From: a virus
Lineage: Duplodnaviria > Caudoviricetes
Reading direction: 5' to 3' (one strand)
Length of the DNA stretch: 33,026 bases
IMG/VR virus record: IMGVR_UViG_3300047314_000370
Span: 1-33,026 of that record
A model generated the notes under the pieces. It saw nothing but the letters and a program-made list of their open reading frames with translations, did no database searches and was not told the origin of the DNA. Shown piece after piece: positions 16,548 through 25,906 of this stretch. Within the stretch, counting starts at the first letter, position 1. Every line of letters starts with the position of its first letter. The translations under genes and the position numbers were made by a program.

Positions 16548-17003
16548 ACGAGTTCAGGAAACTTCAGCGACACGACGCCTGCCGCGCCTGCCGGCGTGGT
16601 CAACATCAAGTTCCAGAGTGACGCTTCCGGCAATATTTCGGCCTATGATCCAGTGGGAAGCTGGCAGACCTGGACGCCGACCCTAACCCCGCAGGGCGGC
16701 ATGACCGTCACCAGTGTCACCCTCACTATCGGCGAATACCTCCGCGCCGGCCCGATTGTTTATTTTCGCTTCCAGGTCAATGCCACCGCCGGCGGCACTT
16801 TGTCCAATCTGATCTACGTCTCGCTTCCTCCAGTTGCTTACAGCACCAGCGGCAGCATGATCGGAGCGCTCAACTGGCAGCAGGCGCAACCGACCGCCGG
16901 CATGCTCGCGATAACCACTACCGAGTTCCGCTGCTATGGCCCCAGCGCGTTCGTTGCCGGCACCTTTATCCTGAGCGGCTGCGGGTTCTACCGTTGCGCC
17001 TGA
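16548..17003 (+). CDS. tail-tip-like beta protein lacking a canonical start (ACG at 16548 or frameshift product)
   Basis: Similar along its length to 25907..26401 (N..TPA.P.G...IKFQ.D...N.SAY, G.W.TWTPT, GP.VYF, GFYR.A); the similarity extends upstream of GTG 16596. Confidence 0.7.
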   Translation, partial: TSSGNFSDTTPAAPAGVVNIKFQSDASGNISAYDPVGSWQTWTPTLTPQGGMTVTSVTLTIGEYLRAGPIVYFRFQVNATAGGTLSNLIYVSLPPVAYSTSGSMIGALNWQQAQPTAGMLAITTTEFRCYGPSAFVAGTFILSGCGFYRCA

Positions 17004-17010
17004 TCCCGCT

Positions 17011-17592
17011 TCACTCCGTCAGGATGCCGGACAGGATGGAAGAGGTCACATGCACCTCGCCGGCGCGGAGTTCAGGGACAGCCTGGCGGAACTCGTTTTC
17101 CGTGTGCCAGGCGGTGCGACTGTGCGGGTCGAGAATCCAGCAGTAGGGCACACCCCAGGGAGCCCAGAAATGCTGGTATCGGGCAACTGCCTCGGGGAAG
17201 GTTTTCGGGAGAGAATGACTATACCCGACGACCCGGCCTGGGGTGAGCATTTCGACTACCAGGTATACGGGGAATTCCGGCCCGGAGCGCATCCCGAACA
17301 CCTTGCTCGCCAGCTGGACCGCGAAGTCGGCCTTTCTCACCTGCGAGGGTGACAGTTTAAAATTGAATTCTGGGACTGCGACCAGGTGCGGATAGTCCTT
17401 GCTGAACACCAGCAGGAGGCGCTCGAGGACGAGGGCCTGCAGCCAGTCCGGCGTAGCCAGCGCAACGATCTGGCCGTCATCGTATTCGTAGCGTCCTTCA
17501 TGGGAATCGGCATACTCTTCCCAAAAATCATCGATCTCGATCGCACGCTGTATTTTCATGGCAGGGAGGCTATTTGTGATGCTCCAGTTCAT
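17011..17592 (-). CDS. Uma2 (DUF820)-family PD-(D/E)xK-like endonuclease, divergent
   Basis: EEY...RYEYDDG, PEF, RKADFAV, LVVEMLTP, WGVPYCWILDP; start may be ATG 17559. Confidence 0.8.
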   Translation of the reverse strand: MNWSITNSLPAMKIQRAIEIDDFWEEYADSHEGRYEYDDGQIVALATPDWLQALVLERLLLVFSKDYPHLVAVPEFNFKLSPSQVRKADFAVQLASKVFGMRSGPEFPVYLVVEMLTPGRVVGYSHSLPKTFPEAVARYQHFWAPWGVPYCWILDPHSRTAWHTENEFRQAVPELRAGEVHVTSSILSGILTE

Positions 17593-17891
17593 GCACTTTC
17601 ACAGCCGGACGTCCCTCTCTCGTAGAAATCTGCTCATTTGGCCTATCCTATGCCACTTTTTCGAGGCTCGACGCCACCAAATGCAAGATGGAGGCCACGT
17701 GATCGGTCGTCTCTGCCACCTGTAAATCCACTGTGACAAGAAGGCTTTTTTTCATGGCTGCGCTATTGGATGGACGGTCCACCGGCTCTGCTTCACCGTA
17801 GTGGTTCTGTGTTCGCATAAGTTGAGTGTATGATCGGCGCGTCCCGAGCCCTGACCTTCGAACGCCCCTCCGACTACAAGCGAGTGCTGCC

Positions 17892-18317
17892 ATGATCCGC
17901 GCAGCCATAGCGGCGGATGTTCCGCGGCTGGTCGAAATGGGGCGGCGCTTTCGAAGCGTAACCGGTTACGCAAAGATCCTGGCCGAGAACCCGGAGAAGA
18001 TGGCCGAACTCGCCGGTCAACTTGTGTCGCAAGGGGGCCTGCTGGTGAGTGAGCGCAGCGGCACGCTCGTCGGCATGCTCGGCTTCATCGTCTACCCGCA
18101 CTTTATTTCGGGCGAGACAACCGGCGGCGAGGTCTTCTGGTGGGTCGAGCCGGAGCATCGCGGCGAAGGCGTGAAATTACTGCGGGAAGCGGAACGGCTG
18201 GCTCGAGCGGCGGGCGCACAGAAGATGCAGATGATTGCCCCAACGGAACGGGTCGCCACGTTCTATCAGCGGCTCGGCTACGAATTTGTCGAAGCATCGT
18301 ATCAGAGGTCCCTGTGA
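17892..18317 (+). CDS. GNAT-family acetyltransferase
   Basis: MIRAA...D, WWVEPEHRG.G.KLL..AE..A...GA, FYQRLGY. Confidence 0.88.
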   Translation: MIRAAIAADVPRLVEMGRRFRSVTGYAKILAENPEKMAELAGQLVSQGGLLVSERSGTLVGMLGFIVYPHFISGETTGGEVFWWVEPEHRGEGVKLLREAERLARAAGAQKMQMIAPTERVATFYQRLGYEFVEASYQRSL

Positions 18318-18925
18318 ATATTCCCGCCGTCGTGGTGGAAAACTTCGCAGCGGATGCGCTGGCGGTGCGCGAGGCGGTGATTGCTGGTTCCTTCGATACG
18401 AAGCAGGGTCCGGATGGAGCGGATTACACCGGCATCTCGGACTATCCGGTCGAGCACTGGTACGAGCGCATCGGCGAAGTGCTCGGCAAGCCCATAGTCC
18501 CGCGGCTCTCCTGCTTCCGGCTCAACCTCCAGGGCGAGCTGCCGCATTCCTGGGTGCATTCCGACGATATCTGCGCGCAGTTCGCAAGCGTGCTGTATCT
18601 GAACACGGCGGAGCAGTGCGCGGGCGGGACAGCCTTCTGGAAGCATCGGGCGCTGGGCGTGAGTTATCTGCTGTCGCGCGAAGAGCTGGCGGCGCGCGGC
18701 ATGGATGCCGACGCCTTCTACCGGCTGATGAACCGCGAATGGAAGGATGCGGACGCCTGGCAACAGACCGGATTCCTGCCGATGCAATGGAACCGCTTCC
18801 TGACCTATCCCACCTGCTTTTTTCATTCACGGTATCCGTTTGAGGGCTTCGGTACCGGGCCCCAGGACGGGCGTTTGATCTGGGCCTGTTTTTACGACCT
18901 GGCCCCGGAAGGAGATAAGACATGA
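18314..18925 (+). CDS. DUF6445-like 2OG-Fe(II) oxygenase-fold protein
   Basis: VVENF, HSD (HxD), SVLYLN, GGTAFW, NRFL.YP..FFHS, RL; GAGGT SD and GTGA coupling. Confidence 0.8.
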   Translation: MNIPAVVVENFAADALAVREAVIAGSFDTKQGPDGADYTGISDYPVEHWYERIGEVLGKPIVPRLSCFRLNLQGELPHSWVHSDDICAQFASVLYLNTAEQCAGGTAFWKHRALGVSYLLSREELAARGMDADAFYRLMNREWKDADAWQQTGFLPMQWNRFLTYPTCFFHSRYPFEGFGTGPQDGRLIWACFYDLAPEGDKT

Positions 18926-20013
18926 GTATGGCGACTGGCACGGCCATTGCGCTGGGAGTCGGCGCGGCGGGTTCCATCGGCGGTGCAGCGCTCGGTGCGC
19001 ACGGCGCGCAGTCAGCGGCCGACACGCAGGCGCAATCGGCCAAGTATGCTGCGGATCTGCAGAACCAACAATTCCAGCAGCAGCAGCAGAATCTGCAGCC
19101 GTGGCTCAAAGCGGGCACGGGTGCGCTCTCGCAATTGAGCGCAGGCCTGCAGCCCGGCGGGCAGTTCGCGCAGTCTACCTATCCGCAGTTCCAGCCCTAC
19201 GGCGCGGCCCAGACGGCACTGAATCCGTCCACCTTTCAGCCGACCGGCATGGCGCAGCAGGCGCTCAATCCGAGTGCGTTCCAGGCCCCCACGGCGGAAC
19301 AGGCCGCGGCCATGCCCGGCTATCAGTTCGCCTACGATCAGGGGCTGCAGGCGCTGCAGCGTTCGCAGGCGGCGACCGGCATCACGGGCGGAGGAGCCGC
19401 CAAAGCCGCCGAGCAATACGGGCAGGGACTCGCATCGACAAACTACCAGCAGGCTTATAACAATGCGCTGCAGGCCTATGGCACGAACCAAGCCGCAGCG
19501 CAGCAGGCGTTGGGCGGGCAATCGGGCGTCTACGGCCAGAACCTCGGAGCAGCGCAGAACGCGCTCTCCGGACAATCGGGTGTCTATGGCACCAATTACG
19601 ACGTGACACGGGGCACACTGAGCGATGCCTACAACCGTCTGGCGGGACTCGCTGGCGTCGGCCAGAACGCCACCTCGCAAGCGAATCAGGCGGGCCAGAA
19701 CTATGCCACGAATGTCGGCAACCTGCTGACGAGCTCCGGGGCAGCGCAGGCCGCCGGACAGATGGGCGCGGCGAACGCCTGGGCCGGAGGCTTGGGCGGT
19801 CTCGGCAATACCGCCATGAACCTGTATGCGCTGAATTCGATTTACGGACAGCCGCAACAGCAGGCGGCGCCGAATCGCGGCCCGTACGCCGGTCCGTTCT
19901 TTGGCACGCAGGTGAACGCTCCGTCGCTCACTCCAATGCCGACCGCGCCCACCGTCGGCAGTTCCTACGGCAACTTCGGCGGCATGTACGGTCTGCCGGA
20001 CTATATCAGGTAA
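18922..20013 (+). CDS. DNA ejection/pilot protein, P22 gp7-like
   Basis: Gly/Ala hydrophobic N-terminus, PWLKAG..AL, PGYQF..DQG, YNRLAGLAGVGQ. Confidence 0.85.
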   Translation: MSMATGTAIALGVGAAGSIGGAALGAHGAQSAADTQAQSAKYAADLQNQQFQQQQQNLQPWLKAGTGALSQLSAGLQPGGQFAQSTYPQFQPYGAAQTALNPSTFQPTGMAQQALNPSAFQAPTAEQAAAMPGYQFAYDQGLQALQRSQAATGITGGGAAKAAEQYGQGLASTNYQQAYNNALQAYGTNQAAAQQALGGQSGVYGQNLGAAQNALSGQSGVYGTNYDVTRGTLSDAYNRLAGLAGVGQNATSQANQAGQNYATNVGNLLTSSGAAQAAGQMGAANAWAGGLGGLGNTAMNLYALNSIYGQPQQQAAPNRGPYAGPFFGTQVNAPSLTPMPTAPTVGSSYGNFGGMYGLPDYIR

Positions 20014-20017
20014 CGCT

Positions 20018-21436
20018 ATGCCACTTGACCCGAATATCTCGCTCTCCTATCAGCCGCCACAGATCGAAGATCCGCTCTCTGCTATTGCCAAGGTGCAGGC
20101 GCTCCGGAGCCAGCAGGTGCAGGGGCAGATCGGGCAACTGCAATTGCAGTCCGAGCAGATGCAAATGCAGCAGCAGCAGGATGCCATCCAAGCGTTTCGC
20201 AGTTCCGGCGGCGATTGGGACAAGGCAATTCAGACGATGTACGGCCAAGGTAATCTACTGGCACCCAGGTATGAGCAGAGTCGGCTAGCCCTGCAGAAAA
20301 CGATCAATGAGAATCAGGGGCTCATCGACAAGCACAATGCGGATCGAGCCGCGCGGCTCAGTAATATCGCTGCTGGCGTGCTGGCTGTAAAGGACCCGGC
20401 GGCACGCGCCATTGCCTACGAGCATGGGCGGGATACCGCTGTGCAGATGTTTCCCGAATTAGACAAGGCGGCACCGCCCCACTACACCCCGGATATGGAC
20501 CCGCAGTTAGAAGCTTGGGCGAATGCGGGACAGACGCCGCAGGAGCGGGCCACCGTAGCGAGTTCGCAGGCAAAACTGCCAGGCGAGCAAGCCGCGTCCG
20601 CAATGGCGGTGGATAAAGCGGCGGTCTACCAACGAGTAAAGGACCTGTTCGCGACGAATCCGACTGCAGGCGACCCGATCATCGACAGCATCCTGCCGCC
20701 GTCACTCGATGCGGGCGCCAATGCCACCGCCAAGTCAGAACTGCAAAAGGCAGTCGCCCTCGGTGGTCCCGATGCGATCGACAAGGTTCTGAAGTCGGCG
20801 TCCGATCGCGCGTTCGATATTCAGAAGGCTCTGAACCCGGCGGTGCGGCAAGCCAAGGTACAGGACATGATGACCGCGTTTGCGGGCATCACGCCTCTCT
20901 CAGTACAGCGAACGGTTGCCCAGGAACAGGCCGTTGCGGGACAAGCTCCGGAGGCCTTCCGTGGAATCACCGATAAGACGGCACGCACGGATGCAATGAA
21001 CCAGGAGGCCGCGGCGCGGAAGGAATACAACGACAAGAGCGCTGCGGCAGAGGAACTGCAAAAGATTCTCGGCTTGGCTCGATCGGGCAACAAGGCCGCC
21101 TCTGCTCCGGCGACGATGGCGGAACTGCGGATGTTCGTCAACCGTGTGAACCGTCAGGAATTTGAAGCGATACAGGGCGCCGGTAGTGCTTGGGATAAAG
21201 TGCAGGGCTGGGTGCAAGGGAAGTTGACCGGACAGCCGATTCCTCCCGACGTGCTGAATGCGATGGATGAACTCTCTAAAGCCATTCAGAACACGGTGCG
21301 GGACAAATATAACCGGACCAAGAACGGCATAAACCAGCAATACGGCGCCGCGATACCGGATATAGGCGCTTATGGTGCCAGCGGCGGCGGCACGAGCATC
21401 GAAGACATAAAAAAGAACTACAACATTAGCTATTAA
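20018..21436 (+). CDS. DNA ejection protein (gp20-like position)
   Basis: MPLDPNISL start, Q/A-rich helical composition, gene position. Confidence 0.7.
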   Translation: MPLDPNISLSYQPPQIEDPLSAIAKVQALRSQQVQGQIGQLQLQSEQMQMQQQQDAIQAFRSSGGDWDKAIQTMYGQGNLLAPRYEQSRLALQKTINENQGLIDKHNADRAARLSNIAAGVLAVKDPAARAIAYEHGRDTAVQMFPELDKAAPPHYTPDMDPQLEAWANAGQTPQERATVASSQAKLPGEQAASAMAVDKAAVYQRVKDLFATNPTAGDPIIDSILPPSLDAGANATAKSELQKAVALGGPDAIDKVLKSASDRAFDIQKALNPAVRQAKVQDMMTAFAGITPLSVQRTVAQEQAVAGQAPEAFRGITDKTARTDAMNQEAAARKEYNDKSAAAEELQKILGLARSGNKAASAPATMAELRMFVNRVNRQEFEAIQGAGSAWDKVQGWVQGKLTGQPIPPDVLNAMDELSKAIQNTVRDKYNRTKNGINQQYGAAIPDIGAYGASGGGTSIEDIKKNYNISY

Positions 21437-24400
21437 TGGGCAGCCCAGCTTCCACCATCTACGGGACCATCAGCCCGAATACGCCGGTCCCACCGCAATC
21501 GGCGACCGAGATTCCCGGTGAGCCGGTACTGCCTCCGGAGTACCAGCAGAAACTGGCCGATATCACCGATCAGCTCATCGCGAAGAATGCGAACCCGGCC
21601 CACATTCTGGCCATCACCAAAGATTTCAAGCAGAAGTATGCGGTTCCCACTCCGCTGCCGGGAGAGGCGTTCCTGAATCCCGCGAACCGGCAGAAGTTGA
21701 CCGGCATTGTAGGGCAATTGCGCCAGCAAGGCGCACCGCCGGATCACATTAACGCCATCATTAAAGACTTCACGGCGAAGTACAAAGAGCCCATCGATAC
21801 GTTAGCCACGTATGTTCCGCACACGTTCACCAAACTCGCACATAACCTGAACATCCAGAACACACTCGATGCGGTGGGTGACATCGACACCAAGCTGGGA
21901 CAAGGTGATTATTCAGGCGCCTGGGATTCCGTCAAGGGTTTAGTGCCTGGTATCATTGCGCACCCGATCGACACGATCAATGCGGTTGGCGATAAATTCG
22001 CAGGCGGCGATTATTCCGGCGCGACGGCCGATTTCATCACACATGCACTCGTTGCCGAAGGTGCGATCGAGGGCGGCTTCGGTGCGTTCGAGCGCTTGCC
22101 GCAAGGTGCCAAACAGGCGATCCGCAACGCTGGCGGCGTTACGGCGGCAGGCGCCAAAGGTGGATTTACGGGAGGAATCGAAGCCTTCGCCGGTCCACGC
22201 ACACCAGCGGCCGTCCTGAACGCCCTGCGCCAGCGACAAGCCGGTCCTCTGGCAGAGGCGGCGCAAGGGGCAGGACCCGCTCTGGGCCTGCATGCGGGCG
22301 CGGTGGCGATGCATCAACTGGGAATGCCGCACCTGGCAGAGGCGATTGAAGCAGGCAATGTACTCTATGGCGGCTATCGTGGGGCGCGTGCGGCGATCCT
22401 CGAGGAACTGGCGCGTCAGCGAACGGCGCGCGCACAAGCCGAAGCGCAAGCCGCTACCGAAGCCGCTGGCGGACGTGTGCCACCCACGCCACCGTCCGAC
22501 GCAAATGCCCCCGGTACTGCCTGGCCAATGCCGTCGGCGGGAACCTATGCGGCCCAAGCGGAACCCATCGCTCCGGACGTGGCGGCCCAGCAAGCTGCGC
22601 GCACCGCACGCCAGGAAGTGAACGCCCGGCTGGTCGCAGACCGCAAGGCCAAAGCGGCGGCTACATCACCCGCGGCGGAAGATCCTCTGCTGGAGCAGTT
22701 GTCTCTGAGTCAGTTGAAGAAGCCTCTGAAGAAAACCACGCCTCAAGAGCGTGCATCGCTGGAATCACTTGCTGCGCGTGTGCGGGCGTCTCAGCCTTCG
22801 GCGGCCGCTTCGCTGGCTGCTCCAGGAACACCAGCGGCGGCAGCGCCCTCAGCGCCTCCAGCCACGCCTCCAGGGACCGCTCCGTCACCAGTGGGCGCAG
22901 CGTCACCACCAAATCTTCAAACGCCTGCTTTGCCCGCAGAAATAGCACCGTCCGCGCCTGCGCCCGTGTCACCTTCCCAGGCTAGCGTTGCGCAGCCGTC
23001 GGTTCCTAGTACTGGAACTACTGCCGCGGGCCTACAGCACTATTATCCGGTCGGAAGCCCGACACACATACCGACGCCGGAGGACTTGGGACTCGGCGTG
23101 TATAGCAAAGGAGGATCCGGCAAGGCTGCTTCCGGACGTGTGCTGAAGTACGAAAACCAGAAGGGGTACGCCGCAGCCTTGTGGGCATACAAGAACGGCA
23201 TCACGGATCCGGGCGTTTTCGATCGCATGACGGAAGCCGAAAAAGTGGACTTCATGAACGGCAGAACGAACCCCGAGACGGGCGAGCTCGAGCCGGGCGC
23301 CATACAGCATGCGAAGGAGATGAACAATCCCGCGCCCAAGGGCCCAAAGTACCAAGTCAATACGGACACCGGCACCATCCTGGGCGAAAACACCCTGGAG
23401 TTTGCCAAGGCGCACCTGCGCAAGCTGGTCGCAGACGGCGGCCCACGTCCCGCCACGGCGCCGGAAACCGTAGAACGTCTGCGCGGTGCCGCAGGAGAAC
23501 CGACGGCCGCAGAGACGGTCGAAGGCATGCGGCCAGAACCTCCCTCGCTCTTGCAGCAGGTCGGGGAGGCGCTCAAGGAAGAGACAGGTTCCGTCGGACC
23601 CGGCTCGGGTGCTTCGAAAGAGTTGCGCCAGGCGCTGCGCGAAAAGGCCCGAACCACGGTCGAGCGGTTACGGGATTACACGTGGTTACTACCGCCGCCC
23701 GAGGGCGAGCGTGTAAGTCCGCTGCGGGCTGGAATGCAGGACTACCCGGAAGCTGGCACCGCAACGAGAGGGAAAGGCTCGGCCGTCATTGATTTTCTGC
23801 GCCGCAAGATGGAGCGCGAAGCAGGCGTCGGTGGCCCGCAGAATGAGCGGCGCGTATTCAAGGACGCGAACGGTTCGATCGCGGTCGGGAAAATCACCAA
23901 TGGCGACTGGTGGAAACGCGCACAGGAGAATCTCTCGCCGGACGAACTGCGGCAAGCACGCGAGTGGTATTCCTCACTCGAGAACTTCTTCCGGCAACAC
24001 TTCGGCGAAGAGAAGGCTCCGCGCATGGCCCTTGCGTGGCTGCTTGCCAATCAAAACACCTCGCCTTCCGGAGCCATGCTGAATGTGTTACGCGCGATCG
24101 ATCTCGAGGCTGGCAAGGCACGCATCAAGAGTGCCGGACTGGCCGAAGAGAAGATCCACCAAGCAATTCAGGGTGATCTGGTCAAGAGCGGGTTTGGCCC
24201 GAAGCTCTCGGACTTCGTAGATAGCGCTCTCGGGAAGTTTACGCGCACCTGGATGGGAGACGATCCACGCGGCGGCCGTCCGGCGGTGATTGATATCTGG
24301 GCAAACCGTGATGTCGGCAAGGTGGACACGCCACTCTATAACTACCTGAAGGACCGTTTTGGTGAGAAAGCCGTCCAGGATTTAAAAGTGGATGGTAAGT

Positions 24401-25872
24401 CGATTGGCGAAACGCAGTATGAGCATGGCAGCGAATTTTACAACAAGCTCACAGACTACCTGAATAAGCGCACGATCGATGGTGGCAACTGGACGCCAGC
24501 GGAAGCACAGGCAGTGGGCTGGGTGGCCATGCAGAAGGCGATGGGCAAAATGCCCGAGTTCCCGGCCGACATCATCACCAAGAATGCGCGCCGCGTTTCG
24601 CTTAGTGCGGAACCGGCAGAGGGATCACCGCTTCAGAATGCGGGGCACACCACTATTCCGCCAGAGCACATGCGGTACATCGTGGATCAGGCTGCGCAAA
24701 AGTCAGGCGTGAAACTGCTCAGGCAGGAGAACGCTTCCGGTGCCGTACATCACACGGTATTCGGCTCGCCGGAATCGATTCAGGATTTTGCCGACATGGT
24801 CGGTCATGGAGCGCAGCAGAGTTCCGTGACGGCTACGCGACCGCTAAAAAGCGGCAAGGCGTTTGCGCTTGACGTGATGCATCAGCCAGGCGAGAGCGCG
24901 CTTTCCAACGAGGCCGAAGCGAACGACTTAGTCAGTAAGCTGCGTGCGGCGTTGCCGGAAAACCTCAAGCCGATGGCAGACCAGGTGCAGCCATTTACTG
25001 ACGGGAATGGCAATGCGGGACTGCGCTTTCTGAAGTCCAGGGGCACTTGGAACGCAGACAATATCCAGACCTTCGCGGATACGCTTGGTTCTGTTGCCGC
25101 GGACAAACCGTACGCACTTGACGTCCACCCCGGCAAAATTGATTTAATAGAGTCAGGCCATGACTGGCAGGCGTCACCCGATGGGCAAAGTTACCTTACA
25201 TCCCTTACGAACCGAGGAAGAGTACAAGAAGCACAGTGGCTACAGCATGAGCTTCGGCCCGCTGTTGAAGCCCGGCTCCAAAGCCAAAGCGCCGGTCAGG
25301 CAACCCGTCGCCAAGCAAGTTCAGCAGGGAACAAACCAGAAGCGCCCGCCCAAGCCGTAAGCGAACCTGCCCGCGTCACCGTAGAGCGCCTGCGCAAGGC
25401 GGGCAAGAATATCATGAGTGCGGTGAAAGACGAGACTGGCTCCATTGGGCCTGGTTCCGGGGCAAAAGCGGAACTTCTTCAAAGCCTGCGTAGTGAAATA
25501 CTCCGCTGGTATCAGTCCTACAATAAGGCGTTTTCCGATGACGCGGCCGATGCCATCATGCGGAAGGAGATCCTTCCGCGCTTTCAACAGTTCACTGCAG
25601 CGCTCGATGAACTCAAGCAGTCCGGCGTCTCGCCAGAGCGGTTGAGGCAGTATACGCAAGGCATCTTTCCCGATGAGCCACCGAGCGAACCCGAGCCGCG
25701 CGGCACCTTTATCATCGAGGGCCAGATGAAACCCGGCGGCAAGTGGCGCGATGTCGGCGAGGGTCCGTGGGAGACGCATTCCGAGGCGCACCGTTACGGC
25801 GAAGCGGAAGTCGGCATACCCTGGCGTGTGCGAGAGAAGGGTAAGCCGTTCGCCGCTCCCCGCAAAAAGTAA
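21436..25872 (+). CDS. large multidomain DNA ejection / polyvalent protein with a DUF7178-like domain
   Basis: 1478 aa, TAATG coupling, last of the ejection cluster; WY...NTSP...GPKL.DF...VIDIWANR...Y...P.EAQAVGW block. Confidence 0.75.
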   Translation: MGSPASTIYGTISPNTPVPPQSATEIPGEPVLPPEYQQKLADITDQLIAKNANPAHILAITKDFKQKYAVPTPLPGEAFLNPANRQKLTGIVGQLRQQGAPPDHINAIIKDFTAKYKEPIDTLATYVPHTFTKLAHNLNIQNTLDAVGDIDTKLGQGDYSGAWDSVKGLVPGIIAHPIDTINAVGDKFAGGDYSGATADFITHALVAEGAIEGGFGAFERLPQGAKQAIRNAGGVTAAGAKGGFTGGIEAFAGPRTPAAVLNALRQRQAGPLAEAAQGAGPALGLHAGAVAMHQLGMPHLAEAIEAGNVLYGGYRGARAAILEELARQRTARAQAEAQAATEAAGGRVPPTPPSDANAPGTAWPMPSAGTYAAQAEPIAPDVAAQQAARTARQEVNARLVADRKAKAAATSPAAEDPLLEQLSLSQLKKPLKKTTPQERASLESLAARVRASQPSAAASLAAPGTPAAAAPSAPPATPPGTAPSPVGAASPPNLQTPALPAEIAPSAPAPVSPSQASVAQPSVPSTGTTAAGLQHYYPVGSPTHIPTPEDLGLGVYSKGGSGKAASGRVLKYENQKGYAAALWAYKNGITDPGVFDRMTEAEKVDFMNGRTNPETGELEPGAIQHAKEMNNPAPKGPKYQVNTDTGTILGENTLEFAKAHLRKLVADGGPRPATAPETVERLRGAAGEPTAAETVEGMRPEPPSLLQQVGEALKEETGSVGPGSGASKELRQALREKARTTVERLRDYTWLLPPPEGERVSPLRAGMQDYPEAGTATRGKGSAVIDFLRRKMEREAGVGGPQNERRVFKDANGSIAVGKITNGDWWKRAQENLSPDELRQAREWYSSLENFFRQHFGEEKAPRMALAWLLANQNTSPSGAMLNVLRAIDLEAGKARIKSAGLAEEKIHQAIQGDLVKSGFGPKLSDFVDSALGKFTRTWMGDDPRGGRPAVIDIWANRDVGKVDTPLYNYLKDRFGEKAVQDLKVDGKSIGETQYEHGSEFYNKLTDYLNKRTIDGGNWTPAEAQAVGWVAMQKAMGKMPEFPADIITKNARRVSLSAEPAEGSPLQNAGHTTIPPEHMRYIVDQAAQKSGVKLLRQENASGAVHHTVFGSPESIQDFADMVGHGAQQSSVTATRPLKSGKAFALDVMHQPGESALSNEAEANDLVSKLRAALPENLKPMADQVQPFTDGNGNAGLRFLKSRGTWNADNIQTFADTLGSVAADKPYALDVHPGKIDLIESGHDWQASPDGQSYLTSLTNRGRVQEAQWLQHELRPAVEARLQSQSAGQATRRQASSAGNKPEAPAQAVSEPARVTVERLRKAGKNIMSAVKDETGSIGPGSGAKAELLQSLRSEILRWYQSYNKAFSDDAADAIMRKEILPRFQQFTAALDELKQSGVSPERLRQYTQGIFPDEPPSEPEPRGTFIIEGQMKPGGKWRDVGEGPWETHSEAHRYGEAEVGIPWRVREKGKPFAAPRKK

Positions 25873-25906
25873 CAAACCCAACTTCCCGTTTTAGAAGGCC
25901 TTCTCT

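Noticed and set aside
19200-19600. Tandem peptide repeats in the pilot protein (ALNPSxFQ, AAQxALxGQSGVYG)
   Set aside because: Real but ordinary for gp7-like ejection proteins.
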